Below, piece by piece: positions 61,807-64,000 of a stretch of DNA of 64,000 bases. This stretch comes from Octopus bimaculoides (Eukaryota), in assembly GCF_001194135.2 (NCBI RefSeq), contig NC_068990.1, positions 12,986,915-13,050,914 on the forward strand, read 5' to 3'. A program made the position numbers and the translations under genes. The notes under the pieces were generated by a model. It saw only the letters and a program-made list of their open reading frames with translations. It was not told where the DNA came from and did not search any database. Within the stretch, counting starts at the first letter, position 1, and each line of letters begins with the position of its first letter.

Positions 61807-62429
61807 TTAAAAATGAGCTAAGAGAAGTAGCTTAGTGTGGCCTGTGGCTTGTATTTGAGCAACAGAGTTAAATTACAAATATATCAAATATGAATGAATA
61901 CAACATAAATACCTGGTCTTTTACTGATATATACTAGAAAAGGATATATACATTGGTGAGAAACCTGGAAATTGATGAAACACCATTATGGTATCACCAT
62001 TAGAAATGCAGTGAACCAGATACTGGGTGATTGGAAACATGTAAGCTACAATGTTATGGTTCATAAATTGTGTTAAAAGAATAACTACAGAAGTTTATCT
62101 ATTTTACAGTATCAGTTAACATCATTTGTATTAATTAAAAAAAAAATAATGACAGCCCTAAATTTAAAAAGAAAGAAAATTCCTGTTTGACTTCCTTGTT
62201 GATGGGATTTCTAAAGACGTATTTAAGTGTAATCTAGAAATTTCTTCAGATCTTGTTTCTTCAACTGGACACTATCAAATATTACCATAAAATGAAGGGA
62301 TATGGAATTTTTCTAATCAACATTCTGACTTCTTAACAAGCGAAATGCTGCCAGTTTTATATCTGAACATCAAATAAAATGTCTTTAGAATAATAATTCA
62401 GTATAAAAATCAGCTTTAGTCATCTTTTG

Positions 62430-62900
62430 CAGACTGTCATTGATCTACTATGTATTCAGGAAACATCTATAGCTCATTGAGATTGATATCATAAGAAATG
62501 TGTCTGCTTTGATTATGTCTGTCAAAGATGAAACTGTAAATGGTTCGAAGAAATCGGGGATGTAATTTTGGCAAGAAACACCATGGTATTAATATTAAAG
62601 AACATAACAATGTTGAACAGCTTGCTAAATATTGATAAAACTGATATGAGAAACACTATTCAGTAGAACGACAACCATATAGTGAAAATCATGGATTTAG
62701 TATTAGTTTTGCTTTTAGAAATAGTTAATGGTAAATTCTTTAACAATTCCATAACAATGCTTATAATTAGATTTTGGAGGGTCAATGGATGAAAGAGAGA
62801 AGTCTCCCATTGGGTAGAATGCTTTTCTATTGTAGGTAATTTTTCTAAAACAAGGTATGTTGATCTAAAACAGAGCAACATAAATGTAAGTGCTCATCTT
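62430..62900 (+). mobile_element. Possible very old LINE AP-endonuclease remnant
   Basis: IDLLCIQETS at ~62440-62470 resembles the D(I/L)xCxQE motif of APE endonucleases; the rest is heavily degraded. Confidence 0.3.
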
Positions 62901-63744
62901 AGAGACACTAAAAATGGTAGCCACCAGCACTCAACATATCTGCTTTCAGAAGTAGCTTCTTCAAATTTCCAAGTGGATTACACAGGAACAAAAATGATTA
63001 TGTTATACAAAGCAATGAGAGTGTCTTAATTTCTTCCTTTAATGATGCTGGAAACATCAGCAACTCTCTCTCAAATCCCTCTATACTGTATCAAAAAAGA
63101 AGGGAGATATTGAGTGTTTTAATCACAGATATTCCTCATAAAAAGCAATGCCGTCTGAGTTGGAATGCCTTTGATTATAGGCCTAACCCGTCTTGAGTGA
63201 CCTAGGAATATAGAACAAGGTTTACCATATAAAATGTCAAATGAACTAAATGGTTCATCATTTCTTTGTACTTTTAAAAATCAGTATAAAGTAATTATAT
63301 TGATAATTAGCAAGCTGTCAATCAACTATAGTAAAACTTGGTGTGATATGTCATTGCCTGTATATGCTCTTACAGAGCAAGTGCAAATGGGTCAAGAATT
63401 GGAAGCGCATTGTGGCCAGTGATGGACAATAACAACTGGTCAATATTGTGATGTGTATATGTGTGTTATTTATGTGTGTATATATAGATATATATGAGTG
63501 TGTGTTAAGTAAAATGAGACAACAAAACGAAAGTTGCGTAGAATTATCGAACACTTATACAGGGAAAGGTAGTCTTATAGGTGTTACTGGGATATTACGG
63601 ATATCCTTTCATCAGAGACGATATGAGAGAGTTAACTTGAGGGAAATAGAGTTCAATATAAGGAGCACTTACAATAGACTTACCTTCCATCTTGGGTCTT
63701 CTGGATACCAATACCTCTCATATATACATATACATATACATACA

Positions 63745-63925
63745 TACAAGAAAAAACAAAAAACGAAGACAGGCGGTGTAGACAACAAACAGATGTATTA
63801 GTTTAATGCTCGAGAAGTGAAAAAGTCTTTAATGTTTCGAGCCCACTCTCTTCCACAGAGAGGAACACAGAAAGAAACAAGGGGAGAAAATAAAGAATGT
63901 GTAGTGGCTAGCGATCTATCATAGC
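63745..63925 (-). mobile_element. Penelope-type fragment (family E) with a hammerhead-like motif
   Basis: Minus strand CTGTGGA-A-GAGA-GTGG-GCTC-GAAAC at 63834-63858. Confidence 0.55.
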
Positions 63926-63930
63926 GAAAC

Positions 63931-63962
<32 letters not shown>

Positions 63963-64000
63963 CACATGACAAAGTTTCCACTGTGTCTTTAAGTCATTGT

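Overview
AT-rich, repeat-dense eukaryotic DNA with many N gaps, most next to (TA)n or other simple repeats. The SINE, MITE and microsatellite content is typical of an octopus (coleoid cephalopod) draft genome; the species is inferred, not shown. The only well-supported protein-coding signal is a plus-strand gene with two exons: the C-terminal strand of a CUB domain (17191-17261) and an LDL-receptor class A module (52174-52296). They join in frame (WTEIRGS-G-KCDGFKC...) across a ~34.9 kb intron. The rest is mostly intronic. It holds several SINE families, decayed LINEs (HERO-like, R4/Dong-like, L1/Tx1-like, RTE-like), a decayed mariner with three internal-deletion MITE derivatives, foldback MITEs, a Helentron-like element and Penelope-type fragments carrying hammerhead-like motifs. 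Almost all ORFs in the supplied track are artefacts of microsatellites or N gaps. The most unusual structures are (1) a perfect 52-bp (CCCTAA)4/(TTAGGG)4 telomere-repeat palindrome at the centre of a TIR-bounded element, (2) a tRNA-like fold whose acceptor stem continues into a ~27-bp flanking helix just upstream of the LDLa exon, (3) variant hammerhead-like cores, and (4) possible nested antisense exons. All readings were done by eye, without database searches. Repeat boundaries are approximate.
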